Assembly: GCF_963921235.1 (NCBI RefSeq)
Contig: NC_086097.1
Location: forward strand, 137,146,001-137,210,000
DNA length: 64,000 nt
Direction: 5' to 3'
DNA from: Mobula hypostoma
Taxonomy: Eukaryota
Shown: positions 60,958-64,000 of the stretch, piece by piece
How positions within the stretch are numbered: the stretch's first letter is position 1
How the letters are laid out: each line of letters opens with the position of its first letter
Notes under the pieces: model-generated
What the model was told of the DNA's origin: nothing
What the model saw: the letters and a program-made list of their open reading frames with translations, nothing else
Databases searched by the model: none
Translations under genes and position numbers: made by a program

Positions 60958-63643
60958 CTCATTTACCTTGCTCTCTATCCCTTTTGAAACTTCTAAACCC
61001 CAGGAGATCCAGCGGACATTCCTACCCTTGTGACCTCCAAGTCTCTGTCGTGGCCTCTCTGTCCATACTTCTATGTGCTGGTCCATGCTGTGAATTCATC
61101 ACCATTGTTCCTGATGCTTCTCACATTGAAGTGGACTCATTTCAACCCATCGAACTAACTGCATTTACGCCCTTTCCACTGCCTATCCTTCCTCATGGTC
61201 TCTGTTTAGGGAGCACTTGCATGGGGTTCTGGATAGGTTTGTCCCACTGAGGCAAGGAAAGGTTGAAGAACAGGTGGATGACTGGACTGAGGATAGGACT
61301 GATCAGGGATAGAAGAGGGAACATGCATATGGAGTTAGAGAAGGTAGGGCGGGTCCTTAATGAATACCTTGAGATGTTTTATGGTCTCTCCACATGTTGC
61401 ACTGACGTTTACACCAAGGTACCTTCCTCTCACCTATCATTTTCATTCCTATCCTCCTGCCAACCTAGTTTAAATCCTCCCCAACAGTTCTAGCAAACCT
61501 GACAACAAGAATATTGGTTCCCCTCTAGTTTATGTGTAACCTGTCACTTTTGTACAGGTCCTACCTTCCCCAGAAGATATCTGAACGGTGGAGAAATCTG
61601 AAACCCCATCCCCAGCACCAATCCTTCAGCCACACCTTCATCTACCATATCACCCCATTCTAACCCTCCTTGGCACTTGGCACAGGCTGCAATCCAGAGA
61701 CTGCCACCCTGGGGCTCCTGCATTCCAGCTTGCTATTCAGCTCCCTATATTAGCTCTTCAGGACCCCAGCCCATTTCCTACCGATGTCACTACCACTGTG
61801 TATCATGGCATCTGGATGCTCACCCACCTTCTTTCGAACGCCGTGGACCCAATCTGAGACGTCTCTGATTCTGGCACCTGGGAGACAGCATACATCCGGG
61901 AGTCTCTTTTATACCCACAGCATCTCTAACTATTAAATCCCCTTTCACCATTGCTCTCCTCTTCTCTTCACTTCCCTTCCTTACTGAGCCACAGAGCCTG
62001 ACTCGGTGCTGTAGATCCAGTCGCTGTGGCTTTCCCCTGGAAGGTCATCCCCTCCAACAGTATTCAAAGCACTATATTGAGGGGAACGGCCGCAGGGGAA
62101 ATCTGCACTGTACGTGTTATTGAGGGGAACGGCCACAGGGGAGATCCGCACTTTCTGCCCGTTTCCTTTCCCTCTCCTGGCAATCACACAGCTGCCTGCC
62201 TCCTTCAGCTTAGGTGTGACTGTTTTTTGGTCTCTCAGCCCCTCAGCCACCTGAATGAACCACAGGTCATCCAGCTCCAGGTCCAGTTCCCTAACCCAAT
62301 CTGTAAGGAGTTGCAGCTGGATGCACTTCTCACAGGTGTAGTCAGAGACACTGGAGGTCTCCCTGACTAGCCACATCGCGTAGAGGAGAACACCACTGCT
62401 CTGGGTCCATTCTCATTGCTCTACCTATGCAGTAATAAAGAAAGAGAAGTTGACAGAAACCTGACACAAGCCTCTGCCGCTTCTGGCCGAAGACTCAGTT
62501 CCCCATTCTAACCATGTCCGCTCACACAGTGGCCGCTCCCACAATTACTTCAACCTAACTTCTTTTTTATTAACCCTTGCCAATTGCCGATTTACCCGAT
62601 CAATTTAAAATGGAGCGGAAAGTCCTGACAGGCCCAGCTATTTAAAGCTCCCGCTTCTGGTGACAAGTAACAGCTCCTGAACAGAAAGTCCCGACAGGCC
62701 CTTATGACTTCAGATGATAGGAAGGTGAGGAGGTTTAAAAATGAATGGTTGTTGGTCTGCACGGACTCACTAGGCCAGATGACACTCACTATGTAAATGT
62801 GATCAATAGGCACTGTACAGTGAAAAGTTTTAAATTCTTAATATCTCGGGGTGTTGGAAATACGTCTTGAGATGAATAAATGGAAGAGCCATTACAGGTG
62901 CATCAAAGAGTGGGGAGGGGTTTCATGGCAACTACATAATTCACTCGAGCAACGTGTATTATTGTTACAGGTGAAGGAAAAATGAAGGAAAATACTTTTG
63001 CCCATTTCAAAAAAAATCAAAAGCTGAGAGATGTACATTAAATTCATCACATCTGACAGTAACTACCTGAAAAAAAAATGTTGAATTCGCCACAGCCAAT
63101 TCTCCAGAAGTTCTCCACAGCCATAAATTGAAGTTCAGCGTGTCCCTGCATGTGCAGAGCTCATTCCAAAGAGGGCTTTGTGTCAGGAACGATCACACGG
63201 AGAGCCTGGGTCATGAAGGTCATCAGCTCATCCCCCTGTCAACCTCAGTTTCTCAAAGCCCAGATGCCCCATCATGCACACCATCACATTCTCAACCCAG
63301 CTCTCTGATAGTGATCAGGAGCACTAACCTTGGTATTTCAATTTTACCCTAAATAGCCTCACAGCACTGAAGTTCCTGCTTTGATAGACTCATCATCATT
63401 TCAGCCTGCTTTGGAAATTAACCTGTACCATGTTACTCTGCTCTTCAGGGACCTTACTTGACAAAGCCAATTTATTCCTCCTCCTCCAGGGTCTGCTTCT
63501 TCCACTTCTTTCCCTATTATTTCTTTTTCGGACCATAAGATATAGGAGCAGTATTGGCCATCCAGCCCATCGAATCTGTTCTGCAATTTCATTATGCCTC
63601 ATTTACTATCCCTCATCCTCAACCAGCAGCAAAAGATCAGCTT

Positions 63644-63820
63644 GTCGTTATTGTTGTTCCTTCTGGTACATCGGGCGGCATTTTTGGCTGCTTTTTACGA
63701 AGCCGATTTGGTAGCTCGACGCTCAACCCAGCGTGGATGGAAAGCGCGCTGGCCAGATTTGAACCTGGGATCACTCGCCTGAAAGTCCGGTGCTGGTCCC
63801 ACTACAGTACCGGCCAGCAC
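63644..63820 (-). mobile_element. tRNA-derived SINE with AAC-rich tail and TSD
   Basis: Minus strand GCTGGCCGGTACTGTAGTGG (A-box-like), GGTTCAAATC (B-box), ...AACAACAATAAC tail. aaagat[c/g]agctt at 63632-63643 and 63821-63832. Confidence 0.75.
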
Positions 63821-64000
63821 AAAGATGAGCTTATTGGCTCAATATTTCTTGATGCTTTGTGGGTGGGATTGTGTTGTGCATGGGGAACAATCATTATAAA
63901 ATAGCCCTTTCACAAATTCATTCCCGAGGTGTTGACTCTGGTCCTCATTCGCTGTCATCGGCAAGTCCTGGCTCGATACTGAAGACTGGAGCCCGATCGT

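Larger units (their letters stand above)
55540..62720 (-). mobile_element. Near full-length degenerate CR1 LINE (5'UTR, ORF1 zinc-finger/coiled-coil + esterase, ORF2 endonuclease-RT, 3' tail) with nested insertions
   Basis: ORF1 MW......DYTCEKC.QLQLL...VRELDLELDDL (61981-62376); esterase-like DSRMVCCLPGARIRDVSD (~61850-61920); EN GVAL.I.ESITA...EGS.TES..V.VRNRKG; RT-proximal DEIYPRLLWE.RE (58607-58852); 3' tail near 55540-55620. Confidence 0.85.

Noticed and set aside
59664..61086. 430-460 aa repeat-protein ORFs and a CRISPR-like appearance (39-bp palindromic unit)
   Set aside because: Units are head-to-tail with no unique spacers, there are no cas genes, the context is eukaryotic, and the unit derives from CR1 ORF2.
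47000..64000. Exons of an upstream neighbouring gene (DEPTOR lies upstream of COL14A1 in mammals)
   Set aside because: No DEP or PDZ-like peptide recognised in the ORF track or by eye; small exons cannot be fully excluded without TBLASTN.

Overview
Eukaryotic, repeat-dense vertebrate DNA. The repeat families (CR1 LINEs, Rex1/Babar LINEs, Penelope-like pLTRs, V-type tRNA SINEs) suggest a cartilaginous fish, probably a ray (inference). One host gene is recognisable: the 5' part of a collagen XIV alpha-1 (COL14A1-like) gene on the minus strand. It has a CpG-rich promoter and non-coding first exon near 40.0-40.6 kb. Four coding exons (29693-29783, 20509-20625, 7556-7699, 3519-3617; all GT-AG, all phase 1) splice into a 150-aa signal peptide + FN3 + linker. 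The gene continues beyond position 1. Everything else is intron or upstream DNA filled with retroelement fragments, plus three tandem or low-complexity arrays that generate the long spurious ORFs. The most notable details are: a Penelope-type hammerhead ribozyme with an intact core; a 39-bp hairpin minisatellite born in frame inside a CR1 endonuclease domain; an L1 with a 16-bp TSD inserted 13 nt after a COL14A1 splice donor; an internally deleted Rex1 derivative; and a TSD-flanked 43-bp-arm palindrome. I found no evidence for a wholly new protein-coding system. Repeat family names come from motif recognition, not database searches, and repeat boundaries are approximate unless a TSD is given.
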